Origin: Candidatus Portnoybacteria bacterium RBG_19FT_COMBO_36_7 | Lineage (GTDB): Bacteria > Patescibacteriota > Minisyncoccia > Portnoybacterales > GWB1-42-6 | Direction of reading: 5' to 3' | Length of the DNA: 64,000 nucleotides | Assembly (NCBI GenBank): GCA_001819495.1 | Contig: MHMW01000018.1 | Span: 3,322-67,321 of the forward strand | Shown: piece after piece, positions 36,200-46,692 of the stretch | Layout: each line of letters begins with the position of its first letter | How positions within the stretch are numbered: the first letter of the stretch is position 1 | The notes under the pieces: model-generated | The model's input: only the letters and a program-made list of their open reading frames with translations | What the model was told of the DNA's origin: nothing | Database searches by the model: none | Position numbers and translations under genes: made by a program

Positions 36200-37999
36200 T
36201 CATTTTTTCAGGATCTCCAGAAAAGCTTTCTGCGGGATTTTTAATTTGCCGATGGCTTTCATCTTCTTTTTGCCTCGCTTCTGTTTCTCCAACAACTTTT
36301 TCTTGCGCGTGTAATCGCCCCCGTACAGATACCCTGTTACATCTTTCTTCATGGCCGCGATGGTTTCTCTGGCAATAATCTTTCCGCCAATAGCCGCCTG
36401 AATGGCAACCGCAAACATCTGGCGCGGCAAAACTTCTTTCAACTTTTTGACCATCTGTCTTCCTGTTTCAAAAACTTGGTCTTTTGGAATGATGCGGGCC
36501 AGCGCCGGTACCTCTTCGCCCGCCACTAAAATATCCATTTTCACAAGATCAGCCGCCCGCCAATCAGCCAGCTCGTAACTCATCGAGGCATAGCCGGAAG
36601 TAATGGATTTTAGTCTGTCGTAAAAATCAACAATAATCTCACGCAGAGGCGCTTCGTATTTTATTATAACTCTTTCAGCGCCCAAATACTGAGTAGCTTT
36701 ATACACACCGCCCGCCCCCTGCAATAATTTCATCACCGCGCCCAGATATTCATTCGGGCAGACCACTTCTATTTTTATCCAAGGCTCTTTTATTTTTTCT
36801 ATTTTGCTCGGCTCTGGTAATTCGTGCGGAGAAAAAATTGTTTTTTCCGTGCCGGAATGTTTTTCAATAATTTGATAAGCGACGCTGGGAGTGCTCAAGA
36901 CTAATTCCAGGCCATATTCCCGCTTGAGTCTCTCACTGACGATTTCTAAATGCAACATTCCCAGAAATCCGCATTTGAATCCCCTGCCCAGTGCCTCGGA
37001 TGATTCTGGTTCAAAGGTTAGCGAAGCGTCATTTAATTTCAGTTTATTCAGCGAATCTTTCAAATGTTCGAAATTCGCTTCTTCGGAAGGATAAAAAGAA
37101 GCAAAAACCATTGGTTTTGGTTCTCGGTATCCGGAAAGCGGCTCTTTTGCCTGTTCTGTAAAAAGAGTGATTGTGTCTCCAACGCGGCACATCACCACAT
37201 CCTTTAGGCCAGTGGCAATATATCCTATTTCGCCGGCTTCCAATGAGTCTTTTTGGATCAGCGCCGGCTTAAAAACCCCGACTTCCAAAACTTCTGCCTG
37301 AGCCCGAGAACCTATTAAATATATTTTGTCGCCTCTTTTTATTTTTCCGTCAAAGACGCGGATATATGCCAAAGCGCCCTTAAAAGAATCATAGACAGAA
37401 TCAAAGATAAGCGCCCGCGCCTGCTTCTCCGCATGCCCTTTTGGCGCGGGAATCTTTTCTGTCACTGCTTCAAGGACTTTTTCGACATTTAAGCCGTCTT
37501 TGGCCGATATTTTCAAAATCTCATCGCTTGACTGAATTTCACCCATGAATATTTCTTTTATTTCGCTTTCAACTTCGGCCACTCTGGCACTGCCCAAATC
37601 AACCTTATTTATTACCGGAATAACTTTTAATTTTTGGCCAAGCGCCAAATAAAAATTTGCCAGGGTCTGGGCCTGTACTCCTTTTGTCGCGTCAACCAGC
37701 AAAATTGCGCCTTCAACCGCGGCCAGAGAGCGCGAAACTTCATAGGTAAAATCAACATGGCCTGGCGTGTCTATCAGATTAAGGATAAAATTTTCGGCAG
37801 ACGACAGCCTGAAATCCATCCTGACGGGCTGTAATTTAATGGTTATTCCCCGCTCCCGCTCCAGATCCATCTGGTCCAAAAACTGTTCCCTCATCTTTCT
37901 TTTTTCAACCGTGCCGGTCAATTCTAAAAATCTGTCCGCCAAAGTGGATTTTCCGTGATCAATGTGCGCTATAATACAAAAATTCCTGATGTTTTGCAT
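36200..37999 (-). CDS. lepA: elongation factor 4 (LepA)
   Basis: The start is placed at MQNIRNFCIIAHIDHGKSTL (G1 motif). The full GTPase domain and the LepA C-terminal domain are present. The ORF-track start at 38083 adds a non-conserved 28-aa extension. Confidence 0.9.
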   Translation of the reverse strand: MQNIRNFCIIAHIDHGKSTLADRFLELTGTVEKRKMREQFLDQMDLERERGITIKLQPVRMDFRLSSAENFILNLIDTPGHVDFTYEVSRSLAAVEGAILLVDATKGVQAQTLANFYLALGQKLKVIPVINKVDLGSARVAEVESEIKEIFMGEIQSSDEILKISAKDGLNVEKVLEAVTEKIPAPKGHAEKQARALIFDSVYDSFKGALAYIRVFDGKIKRGDKIYLIGSRAQAEVLEVGVFKPALIQKDSLEAGEIGYIATGLKDVVMCRVGDTITLFTEQAKEPLSGYREPKPMVFASFYPSEEANFEHLKDSLNKLKLNDASLTFEPESSEALGRGFKCGFLGMLHLEIVSERLKREYGLELVLSTPSVAYQIIEKHSGTEKTIFSPHELPEPSKIEKIKEPWIKIEVVCPNEYLGAVMKLLQGAGGVYKATQYLGAERVIIKYEAPLREIIVDFYDRLKSITSGYASMSYELADWRAADLVKMDILVAGEEVPALARIIPKDQVFETGRQMVKKLKEVLPRQMFAVAIQAAIGGKIIARETIAAMKKDVTGYLYGGDYTRKKKLLEKQKRGKKKMKAIGKLKIPQKAFLEILKK

Positions 38000-38201
38000 A
38001 AAATTTATCCCGAGCCCCTGCGAAGAATTATCCCATAAAACGCTGTTTTTCTCAACCCCGTTAAAAGTTTGATATTTATCCATTTATCTATCGGAAATCA
38101 TCCTTAGGCGATTCGCAAAAAATTTATATTGCCTTAATCAAACACGGCTAAATTTCCAAAGAATTCAACTTAAAAAGCAGATGTTTTCTCCATCTGCTTT
38201 T

Positions 38202-39902
38202 TTATAATTCTTCTGTCTCGCCCACTCCCACGTATTCTTCTGTTCTAAAAACTTTACGCCGGAAGGCGGCGGCCAAGTTTATCATTTCTTCCGATCTTAA
38301 AAGCAACGCTACCAGGATAAAAGCACCCCCGCCAATCATGGTGGCAAATAAAAGCTGGATCAATATTCCAATAAAGGTGTAGGTATTTAAAAACGGCTCA
38401 ATAAAATATAGACCAGCGTAGGCAGTCACTCCCGCCGCTATGCCGGCTGTTAAATATTTGATAAAGGCGACAATTATTTTTCTGCCTTCCAGGCGCCCGA
38501 AAAATCTGCGCAGCAGCACAAATAGAATGACTGTGTTAAAAAAAGAAGCGACTGAAAAACCAAAAGGCAAAGCCAGAACTCCGATATTGCCCAAACCTTC
38601 AAGTTTCAAAAAAGAAACAACTCCATTCATTACAGTAAAGTCACGCTCCAGCAGGTTTAAAAAAAGATAAGTTGAGGCGACGTTGATACCAATGGAAAAA
38701 AGACTGGAAAATAATGGGATCAACGAATTTTTTAAGGCAAAAAATGAACGGGCCAGCAGAGGCGAGATGCCCTGAAAAATAAAACTAAAAGCAAAAATTG
38801 CCAGGGCACCGGCCGCCAGCCTCGTCTCGTCCCAGGATAAGTTTTGCGTTCCAATAATAAGCCTGATTATCTGCGCCCGGAAAATGAAGGTCAGGATGGC
38901 TAAAGGAATGAGAAAAAAGAGGATTTGCCGGGCAGTATAGGAAAAATCCTGCCTGAATTTTTCCCGTTCGGCTCTGGCAATATGGTGGCTCAGCGAAGGA
39001 AAAACAGAAACCACAAAAGAGATGGCAAAAATACCCACCGGCACGGCCTCAATATTGTAGACCAGATTAAAGATCGAAACACTGCCGGCCACGAGAGTTG
39101 AGGCAATAATGGTACCGACCAGCTGGCTGATATGGGAAATATCGAGTGTGAGCAGGCGGGGCAGAATGAGCTTTAAAATTTCTTTCACTCCCCTGATTTT
39201 CAAATCAATAACTGCTTGCCAGGAAAAGCCAAATTTTATGACGCCGGGAACCTGAATGAGGATATGCATGAGCGCCCCGAAAATTACGCCGGCCACTGCG
39301 CCATAAATCCCCCAAATTGGCGCCAGGAACAAAATTCCAAAAATTATTCCCAGATTATAAAGCAGAGGTGCGATAGCCACCAGAGTAAAACTTCTGAAAG
39401 AATTCAAAATGCTGGAAAAAACGGAGCTGATGGAGAAAAGCCATGGCGATAAAACCAGGATTCTCGTCAAGTTGACTGTCAGACGATATTTTTCTCCGGA
39501 AAACCCCGGGCTAACAAGCTTAACTAATTCTGGCGCCAGAAAGAAAAGAGCGATAGACAAAATTCCGATAGCAATAAACACTAGATTTAAAATGGAATTG
39601 GCGATGCGCCAGGCCTCTGTTTTATCTCGGTTCAAGTATTCACAAAAAACAGGAATAAAAGCAACCGAAAGAGTAGCCAGAATCAGAAGGTTATAGGCAA
39701 AGTCTGGCACCTGAAAAGCGGCAAAATATGCGTCTAACGTGTCAGAAGCGCCAAATGAGCCGACTAAAAGCCTCTGCCTGATCATGCCCAGCACCCGGCT
39801 AGCTAAAGAAGCCGCCCCTATTAAGATGGCGGCTGAAGTGATGGTCTGCGTTTTGTTGTTAAAAATCCTTTCCAGGATTTTCTGTTTTATTTTATTTAAC
39901 AT
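38202..39902 (-). CDS. murJ: lipid II flippase MurJ (MviN)
   Basis: 566 aa with 14 TM helices and an N-terminus (ILIGAASLASRVLGMIRQRLLVGSFGASDTLDAYFAAFQVP) typical of MurJ. Confidence 0.85.
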   Translation of the reverse strand: MLNKIKQKILERIFNNKTQTITSAAILIGAASLASRVLGMIRQRLLVGSFGASDTLDAYFAAFQVPDFAYNLLILATLSVAFIPVFCEYLNRDKTEAWRIANSILNLVFIAIGILSIALFFLAPELVKLVSPGFSGEKYRLTVNLTRILVLSPWLFSISSVFSSILNSFRSFTLVAIAPLLYNLGIIFGILFLAPIWGIYGAVAGVIFGALMHILIQVPGVIKFGFSWQAVIDLKIRGVKEILKLILPRLLTLDISHISQLVGTIIASTLVAGSVSIFNLVYNIEAVPVGIFAISFVVSVFPSLSHHIARAEREKFRQDFSYTARQILFFLIPLAILTFIFRAQIIRLIIGTQNLSWDETRLAAGALAIFAFSFIFQGISPLLARSFFALKNSLIPLFSSLFSIGINVASTYLFLNLLERDFTVMNGVVSFLKLEGLGNIGVLALPFGFSVASFFNTVILFVLLRRFFGRLEGRKIIVAFIKYLTAGIAAGVTAYAGLYFIEPFLNTYTFIGILIQLLFATMIGGGAFILVALLLRSEEMINLAAAFRRKVFRTEEYVGVGETEEL

Positions 39903-42555
39903 CTGAAAATGTCAAATTAATTAACCTGTCCACGCTCAAATCACTCTGCAATGCTGTCTGATTACCTGAAATACTTAATGATGCGTCATCAGTGGCTACC
40001 TGCCAAGAAACCGGCCATCTGACACCTAATATAAGTTTGTTGCTCAGACTCCCCGACTGCTTCTGCGCCAACAAAGAATAAATAGAATTTTTTCCATACA
40101 CATCAACTTTGAACGGCAGCTGATACTGATAAGTTATAATAACCGTCTCGCCGGGACTGACATAGACCCAGTTGCCAAAAACCGTTTTGCCAGATTCTTC
40201 AAAAATGTCGGTGCCAGAAACAGGATCTTTTTTCAATCCCTGCTTTTGCGCCAAAACATCCTCGTCCGTTAAAAATCCAGCTTGTTCGTAATCTATCGGC
40301 GGATTAACCTCTTCTTTGGTCTGGCCGGAGACCGAAATGAGATTACTGCCCTTGGGAACATAAACTCTCATATAATCAGAATTAACCTTATTGTACCAAT
40401 CATATTGGGAATTACCTCCTTGATGATGCCTGGTAATTTTAAGCGTGTCAACGATAGAACCATTTGCTTTGATCTGGCTTGTGTGTTCTATTTTTTCATC
40501 AATTACTTTATCGGTCTTGTAACCGTTAATATTAGTGTTAATCACTGAAAAATAATCATGCTGAGCTTCTTTAATCTCGCCCGCCCATCCTTGTTTTATA
40601 ATAAATTCTTGAAGTGTCGGCTCACTGAAATATACCAAGATGTGTTTTTCTTTCAGCAGCTGATTAATGATTTTTATAACTTCAATGTTGTTCTTGCTCA
40701 ATTGCTCACTGACCTTATCGATAAATTTTGGCGCAAAATCAGCCAATATCTTTTTAGGCTGATTAATTTCTTTGTCGTAATCAACTTCAACTTTATACTG
40801 GGTTATTTCCGCAAAATTTTGAGAATTTAGAGAAATACCGTATTCGGACATGTCTATCGGACCGGTTAGGACAAGTAATCGTTCAATCACTGTTGGTGTT
40901 AGGCTGATGACGCCGTCCGGTGTCGGCCCACCCGTCTTTTCATAGAACCACATTATTTTCTTGGCCGAAGTCGGGAAATCCGCAAACCAATTGGCGTCGT
41001 GCATTGACCAGGCGGTTGAAATTTTCTGAATCGGTTCGGGCGGCACGACATTTTCCCTCAGCTGGCCGTCGGCGTTGAATATGCCGTCAATAAAAATTTT
41101 CTTCACTTGTCCCTGATCAAGATCTAACAGGCCGTAAGTGCCGATGAATCCGCCCGTGGCGCGCATCTCGGCGTTATTTTGAAAAACAAGAAGATATTTT
41201 TTGGCGCTTTGCTGGCCTAAAATTGCGAGAAAATTATCGGTCCAATCAATCGCCAGCGCGGCCGTTTGTATCATCTGCGGCATTTTTTCTGAAAGCTGAA
41301 CTAGCTGCGGCCGCATTGATTCTGGCAAAGCGGAAACCTTAATGCCTTCTATGTTCTGCTTGGCCGAAACCAAAAAGACGAGGCCGGCTTCCAGATGATT
41401 CTTCCCCTGCGCGATAATTTCTGAAAAAGGAGCCTGATTGTCTCTGGAAGAATCCTCGTATCCTTTTTGCAAAAGAGTTATCATGGCAGAAAACTCTTCG
41501 CCTGCTTTGCTCATATCTTGACCGGCTTCAATCAATTTTAGGCGCGAAGACAGATAAGAAAACCCCGGTAGCTTAGCCAGAAGAGGAATCAGCCAGCCGC
41601 CCGTATCTTTAATTTGGGAATCAGCGGCGGCAAAATAATTATAAGCATTACTGAAATCTTTTCCGGCCTGCCCAAAATCAGCGTTTTCCAAAGAATCTTT
41701 TGCCTGCATCAAAGATTGATAAGCGGCAAACCCGAAATTTAAAGCTTCTTCTTTGGCTATCAAAGCTCCTCTTGCCCAGCTAAACAAAGAAATAGATGAA
41801 AAAATAAGAAAAGCCGCGGTCAAAAAAATAACGATTGGTTTTTTTATGGCACGCCAGCCCAAAAATTCTCCGGCTGCGTGTCTGCCCAATAAAAATTCCG
41901 GGGTCAAAAACTCGTTTCCCGGAACAAATTCTGTCTGGGCTTGCGCTTGAGGCCGATTCCAGAATGTCAGATCGGGTTCCCGGCCATAAGAATATTCGCT
42001 ATTAAAATTAAAAACCGGCTCCGATTCCGCTATCTGCGCCGCTGCCTGAATTTCGGGGAAAACAAGTTCTGGCTCGGTTGTCTGGATTTGCGGTTGTTCA
42101 ATTTCCAATACTGGATCTTCCAGCGACGCAACTTCCAATACCGGTTCTTCCTGTTTTTCCACAAAAATATTTCTGACGGGGATATTATGGGCAATCTCTC
42201 TTTCCTGTGTTTTTTTTAAAAGTTCATCAGTCGCCTCAATGATATCAAAAACCGAAAGGATATCTGATTCTTCGGGAAGATTACCATCATAAAGCCGGGA
42301 TAGAAAATCGATGTTTTTTTCGGATGTTTTTGTGCCAGAGGAAAATAATGTTCCGCCTGGCGGCGTCTCACCTGTGCAACACAAATTTACCCGTTTCGGC
42401 CTCAAATTAATGGTTCTTGTACCTGGTATCTCTGCTTCCTCAATCCTCAAATTCAAAAATTCCTCTAGTTTTGCCATTTTTTCCAAATCCAAATCGCCGA
42501 GAGTTGTCCTCGGACGTACATCAAACATTTGGCTAAAGATAAAACGATAGCCCAT
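39892..42555 (-). CDS. large extracytoplasmic protein with one TM helix, DUF4012-like (cell-envelope associated)
   Basis: 887 aa with an acidic N-terminus, a TM helix near aa 245, and a conserved core containing FQNNAEMRATGGFIGTYG. Confidence 0.45.
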   Translation of the reverse strand: MGYRFIFSQMFDVRPRTTLGDLDLEKMAKLEEFLNLRIEEAEIPGTRTINLRPKRVNLCCTGETPPGGTLFSSGTKTSEKNIDFLSRLYDGNLPEESDILSVFDIIEATDELLKKTQEREIAHNIPVRNIFVEKQEEPVLEVASLEDPVLEIEQPQIQTTEPELVFPEIQAAAQIAESEPVFNFNSEYSYGREPDLTFWNRPQAQAQTEFVPGNEFLTPEFLLGRHAAGEFLGWRAIKKPIVIFLTAAFLIFSSISLFSWARGALIAKEEALNFGFAAYQSLMQAKDSLENADFGQAGKDFSNAYNYFAAADSQIKDTGGWLIPLLAKLPGFSYLSSRLKLIEAGQDMSKAGEEFSAMITLLQKGYEDSSRDNQAPFSEIIAQGKNHLEAGLVFLVSAKQNIEGIKVSALPESMRPQLVQLSEKMPQMIQTAALAIDWTDNFLAILGQQSAKKYLLVFQNNAEMRATGGFIGTYGLLDLDQGQVKKIFIDGIFNADGQLRENVVPPEPIQKISTAWSMHDANWFADFPTSAKKIMWFYEKTGGPTPDGVISLTPTVIERLLVLTGPIDMSEYGISLNSQNFAEITQYKVEVDYDKEINQPKKILADFAPKFIDKVSEQLSKNNIEVIKIINQLLKEKHILVYFSEPTLQEFIIKQGWAGEIKEAQHDYFSVINTNINGYKTDKVIDEKIEHTSQIKANGSIVDTLKITRHHQGGNSQYDWYNKVNSDYMRVYVPKGSNLISVSGQTKEEVNPPIDYEQAGFLTDEDVLAQKQGLKKDPVSGTDIFEESGKTVFGNWVYVSPGETVIITYQYQLPFKVDVYGKNSIYSLLAQKQSGSLSNKLILGVRWPVSWQVATDDASLSISGNQTALQSDLSVDRLINLTFSDVK

Positions 42556-42601
42556 CTTAAGTGAATTATACCATAATTAAAAATTTCTTTAATCCACAAA
42601 T

Positions 42602-42628
42602 AAAAAAGGCGGAAAATTTTTTCCGCCT
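42602..42628. terminator. bidirectional rho-independent terminator
   Basis: Hairpin AGGCGGAAAATTTTTTCCGCCT is flanked by A-run and T-run sequence. Confidence 0.65.
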
Positions 42629-42643
42629 AAGAACGAACTGTTT

Positions 42644-42967
42644 TTACCTTGGAGGATCATAAATACCACCAGCGTGCTCCATTTCCCGCCTTATTTGATC
42701 AATTACCGGCACGGGTTTCAAATATTTTTGCTTTTTCCTTGGGCGCCTCGGTTTATTGTACTTGGCCGCCAGCTTATGGGATTTGTAACCCCATAAATAC
42801 TGGTTTAAGTCATTAACCTCTTTTTTAATTCTCACTAATCTTTTTGATGTCGGCAGAAGCTTTGGTATATCCATGGTTCTGGCCAAATAAACTTGCTTCC
42901 GTTTCCTTTCCAGAAATCTCAATATTTCATCAAATTTTTTAATGTCTCTCTCTAGTTTAATTTTCAT
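42644..42967 (-). CDS. hypothetical basic protein
   Basis: 107 aa, Lys/Arg-rich, with a strong SD (AAAGGAGGGTAAAAATG). Confidence 0.5.
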   Translation of the reverse strand: MKIKLERDIKKFDEILRFLERKRKQVYLARTMDIPKLLPTSKRLVRIKKEVNDLNQYLWGYKSHKLAAKYNKPRRPRKKQKYLKPVPVIDQIRREMEHAGGIYDPPR

Positions 42968-43149
42968 TTTTACCCTCCTTTTATCACCTAGTTTCTGGAT
43001 ACTACTTCACCGATTTGCCAAAAAGAAATATTCCTTGCTTCCCCCGCATCATTTTTCCTGCAGTATATACATTCCCCACTCATTTCTTTCCTCTTTTATT
43101 AAATTATTTAAGAGCTAATAAATTATACTCCCATAAATCATATTAAAAA

Positions 43150-44292
43150 TCAAGTTTTTTCAATATATATTTTTAATGTTTCTTCCGCCATTTTTTGCCA
43201 GGAATATTTTTTTATTTGCCTATAACCGGTTTCTCTTGTTTTCTCAGCCAGATTATTATTGGTTAAAATATTGTTTATTTTTTCCGCTATATCTTGTGGG
43301 TTCCCCGCGTCAAAATAAACTGCCGCGTCACCCAAAATTTCGGGCAGGCAGGTTGATTTTGACGAAACAACTGGAACGCCACGAAAAATTGCTTCAAGCG
43401 GCGGCAGGCCGAATCCCTCGCATAACGAAGGAAAAACATAAAGTTTTGCCCCGCTATACAATTCGTTTAAGCTCTCGTCGCTTATAAAACCGGTAAAAAT
43501 AATCTGATTAAAGATTCCGGAACCATGAAGCATGGTATTTGTTTCCGCCTTTAATCTCCTAAAAAAATAATCTTCTTCTCCTACCAAGACCAGCTGCAAA
43601 TCTTGATTAAATTTTTCAATTAAAATTTTAAATGCCACGATTAAATTTTCAAGATTTTTATGCGGATAAGCATTACCTACATAAAGAAGATATGGCCTGT
43701 TAATTTTGTATTTTTCAAAAATATATTTTTGATTTTTGATTTTTGATTTTTGATTTAAATATGGCGCTCCTTCATAAGTGACAACGATTTTTCCATCTTT
43801 CACACCAAAATTATTTAAAATATCGTTTCTTACATAATTTGAAGGAACAATGATTTTTCTGGTTCTTTTTATTGCCAGCCATATAACTATTCTATATGCT
43901 AAATTTTTCAACCAATACTTTATCGGTCCCATGGCTGAGGCACGGCGGGTCGGAAAATGCCGCAATATAAGATCGTGAATGGTCACCACAAAAGGCCTTA
44001 AATAAAAAATTGGCACGTTAAAATGCGGAAAGTGCATCAAATCGATTTTTTCCCGATAAATTTTGGCTGGCAACCGAATTTGTTCGGCCAAAGAATACCA
44101 GCGATAATCGGCCAAGACTTTTTTAAAACGCGGCGAACTTGGTTCATATTCCCCCCAGTTTTCCCGACGCAGAAAAATTACGTATTGATTCTCCGAATCA
44201 ATTTTTTCAAGATTTTCAATCAATTTTTCCGTGTAGCGGCCAAGGCCCTTGCCTTTCGGCCCTAAAAAACGCGCGTCAATTCCGATTCGCAT
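43150..44292 (-). CDS. glycosyltransferase family 4
   Basis: It has a GT-B fold and a C-terminal EGFGLPPLEA motif. It contains an in-frame heptamer repeat. Confidence 0.8.
   Translation of the reverse strand: MRIGIDARFLGPKGKGLGRYTEKLIENLEKIDSENQYVIFLRRENWGEYEPSSPRFKKVLADYRWYSLAEQIRLPAKIYREKIDLMHFPHFNVPIFYLRPFVVTIHDLILRHFPTRRASAMGPIKYWLKNLAYRIVIWLAIKRTRKIIVPSNYVRNDILNNFGVKDGKIVVTYEGAPYLNQKSKIKNQKYIFEKYKINRPYLLYVGNAYPHKNLENLIVAFKILIEKFNQDLQLVLVGEEDYFFRRLKAETNTMLHGSGIFNQIIFTGFISDESLNELYSGAKLYVFPSLCEGFGLPPLEAIFRGVPVVSSKSTCLPEILGDAAVYFDAGNPQDIAEKINNILTNNNLAEKTRETGYRQIKKYSWQKMAEETLKIYIEKT
43726..43756 (-). repeat. 7-bp tandem repeat (TTTTTGA x4) inside the GT4 gene
   Basis: Four perfect copies encode NQKSKIKNQK in the GT4 protein. 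Confidence 0.8.
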
Positions 44293-44298
44293 AATGAA

Positions 44299-45444
44299 TT
44301 ATGACGTTAAAAAATCAAGGGTTTCCTTTGCGCATTTGTCCCAAGAGAATATTTTTGCTCTCTCAAGGCTCCTTTTGCTCATTTCCTTGCTTAAGCTGCT
44401 GTCAGACAAGATTTTTTCCATGGCCCAGGCCAGTTCCTCAATATCATACGGGTCTATCATTATAGCCGCTTCGCCGGCGATCTCGGGCAAAGAAGAGGTA
44501 TTGGAAGTGATAGTGGGCACTCCGCAGGCCATCGCTTCCAGCGGCGGGAAGCCAAATCCTTCAAAAAAGCTCGGGTAGACGAAAAGTTCGGCCAAATTAT
44601 AGAGATAAACTTTGTCTTCTGGGCTGACAAAACCAGTAAAGATTATCTGTTTGGCATATTTGGATTTTTCCGCCGCCTCAAATATTTCTTTGAACAACCA
44701 TCCTCTTCCGCCCCCAATGACAAGACTGACATTCTTGAAATCCTTGTTTTTTTCTTTCAGAAGCTCAAATGCCTTTATCAATCCGAAAATATTTTTTCGC
44801 GGCTCAATCGTCCCAAAGTATAGAATATATCTTTTTGGCAGATGATATTTTTGGGCAATATTGGACATCCTGCATTCAAAATCTGACATTTTTATGAATT
44901 CTTCCCCGACTCCTGAATAAATTACTTTTATTTTTTCCGGATCGATCTTATACAGATCTACCAGGTCCTGTTTTGTTGATTCTGAAACAGCAATAATCTT
45001 GTCAGAGCTTCTGGCTTCTTTTTTCGCATTCATCAGGAATCTCTGCCAGGCACGCTTTCGCCAGGAAAAAAGTTCCGGATGCAGCTTGAAAGAAAGATCA
45101 TGAAAGGTCATAACTTTTTTGGCTTTTTTGCTAATCGGAGCGCTGAAAAAATGCGGATTGAAAAAGATATCCGCTCCGCCCAACAACCTGTCGATCTTGG
45201 GAAAATTAAAGTATCTGGCGCTGATAAATAAAAAACGGTTGGGAATCCTGAATTCTCTCAATTTGACGTTGTGCAGACCGGCCCAATCATAATTTATTTT
45301 TGTTTTATTAAAAGCGTTGAAAAAAAGCTTAAAATTGATATTTTGATTCAATCTTAAAAGCCGGGATAAGAGGTTAATTGTATATTCCTCTACCCCGGTC
45401 CTGGTCCCCCGAGTTAAAACTCTGATGTCAATTCCAATTGTCAT
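44299..45444 (-). CDS. glycosyltransferase family 4
   Basis: It has a GT-B fold and an EGFGFPPLEAMACGVP motif. Confidence 0.8.
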   Translation of the reverse strand: MTIGIDIRVLTRGTRTGVEEYTINLLSRLLRLNQNINFKLFFNAFNKTKINYDWAGLHNVKLREFRIPNRFLFISARYFNFPKIDRLLGGADIFFNPHFFSAPISKKAKKVMTFHDLSFKLHPELFSWRKRAWQRFLMNAKKEARSSDKIIAVSESTKQDLVDLYKIDPEKIKVIYSGVGEEFIKMSDFECRMSNIAQKYHLPKRYILYFGTIEPRKNIFGLIKAFELLKEKNKDFKNVSLVIGGGRGWLFKEIFEAAEKSKYAKQIIFTGFVSPEDKVYLYNLAELFVYPSFFEGFGFPPLEAMACGVPTITSNTSSLPEIAGEAAIMIDPYDIEELAWAMEKILSDSSLSKEMSKRSLERAKIFSWDKCAKETLDFLTS

Positions 45445-46027
45445 CTTCTTTTAACAATACAAAAAGAATTCCCAAAATCACTCCGCCCAGCAAAGCTAAT
45501 AGCCCGTCAAGAATAAAATTTGCCTGATTTTTGGTGACCTGCGGCTCTCCTCCCAAAATCGTAAAAACAACGTTGCCGGAATTCTTGCTCGCCAAATCGG
45601 CTTTCTCCTGTAAAACAGAAACTAAAGCTTGCCCTATTTTGCCGCCGTCGCCGGGACTTTTAACCATAAATTCCGCTGCCACATACTGGGGAGCCATTTT
45701 TTGCGCTTTCAGTGGCCTGCCAAGCAAAGATTTTACGGGCGCAACTTGCGCTTTCTGATAGACCGCGTTGACAACTTCCGGGCTGCTCACCCATTGCGAA
45801 ACTGTATTGGAAAATTCATCAGCCGCCTTAACGCTCCAGTATCCGTCATATTGATAATCCTGCGTTGGCTGGCTGATTTTAGAATATACCGAAATCGCCA
45901 GCGAAACATCATATCCCCTGCTCTGCCATACAAAAAATGCTTCAACTAAAATAACCACTACGCCGGTAAAAATTAAAAGGAATCTTAAATTTTTTTTGAT
46001 AATGAGATAAAGTTTTTTAAAATCCAT
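45428..46027 (-). CDS. Wzz/polysaccharide co-polymerase-like protein (two TM helices flanking a periplasmic domain)
   Basis: 199 aa with TM helices at both termini. It sits within the glycosyltransferase cluster and overlaps the downstream GT4 gene. Confidence 0.5.
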   Translation of the reverse strand: MDFKKLYLIIKKNLRFLLIFTGVVVILVEAFFVWQSRGYDVSLAISVYSKISQPTQDYQYDGYWSVKAADEFSNTVSQWVSSPEVVNAVYQKAQVAPVKSLLGRPLKAQKMAPQYVAAEFMVKSPGDGGKIGQALVSVLQEKADLASKNSGNVVFTILGGEPQVTKNQANFILDGLLALLGGVILGILFVLLKEDDNWN

Positions 46028-46077
46028 GGTAATTAATATTAATTAAGTCTGTAATTTTTTTCTTATTTTTTCTATTT

Positions 46078-46689
46078 CTAATAAACTAGTTCGCCTTCTT
46101 TATATGTTTTATCTAAGATTTTATTAAAAAACAAAAAATCATCTTCTTTATAATATTCTTTCAGCATCTCCGCTATTTCCTGCCTTGTTTTGCCCTGATT
46201 TTTCAAATATTCAAATTGCTGTGAAAAAGCATATTCTTCTACTTTGTTATTTGGATATGTGTATTCTGATTTTATATTATTAAAAGCAAAAGTTTGATTG
46301 TCTTTTTTGTATGCTTCTGAAGATTCCGAATCCAAAAATCGTTTGCAATGCGCAAGCTCATGGAGCATCCAAGCAATTTCATCAGGTTTTTCAATATTCT
46401 TAAAATAGCTCTCCTTAAAAGAGACTAATTGTTTGTCGGCGGCAGATTCGGAAGGTTGACTTTTTTGCCATACATCGTCCGGGACAACTAATATTTTCAC
46501 GTTTTCTAACTTTTTATCGTTTAATGCTTCGTATTGTCTTTTATAGTGTTCAGAAAGACTCTCTGCTTCAAATAGTTCGATTTTTTCAGCTTCTTCATCA
46601 TCAATTTCAAAACGTTCTTTTACATATTGTTTATAATCAATCTCATCTTTCTTTTCAATCGATGATAAAACTGGCTTTTCATCTTTCAT
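46078..46689 (-). CDS. hypothetical protein with an HExxH motif (possible zinc metallopeptidase-like)
   Basis: 203 aa, acidic, with an MLHELAHCKRF motif. Confidence 0.4.
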   Translation of the reverse strand: MKDEKPVLSSIEKKDEIDYKQYVKERFEIDDEEAEKIELFEAESLSEHYKRQYEALNDKKLENVKILVVPDDVWQKSQPSESAADKQLVSFKESYFKNIEKPDEIAWMLHELAHCKRFLDSESSEAYKKDNQTFAFNNIKSEYTYPNNKVEEYAFSQQFEYLKNQGKTRQEIAEMLKEYYKEDDFLFFNKILDKTYKEGELVY

Positions 46690-46692
46690 GAT

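Noticed and set aside
36000-38083. The lepA ORF start at 38083 (MDKYQTFNGVEKNS...)
   Set aside because: The conserved LepA N-terminus begins at MQNIRNFCIIAHIDHGKST (ATG 37999). The 28-aa extension has no homology support.
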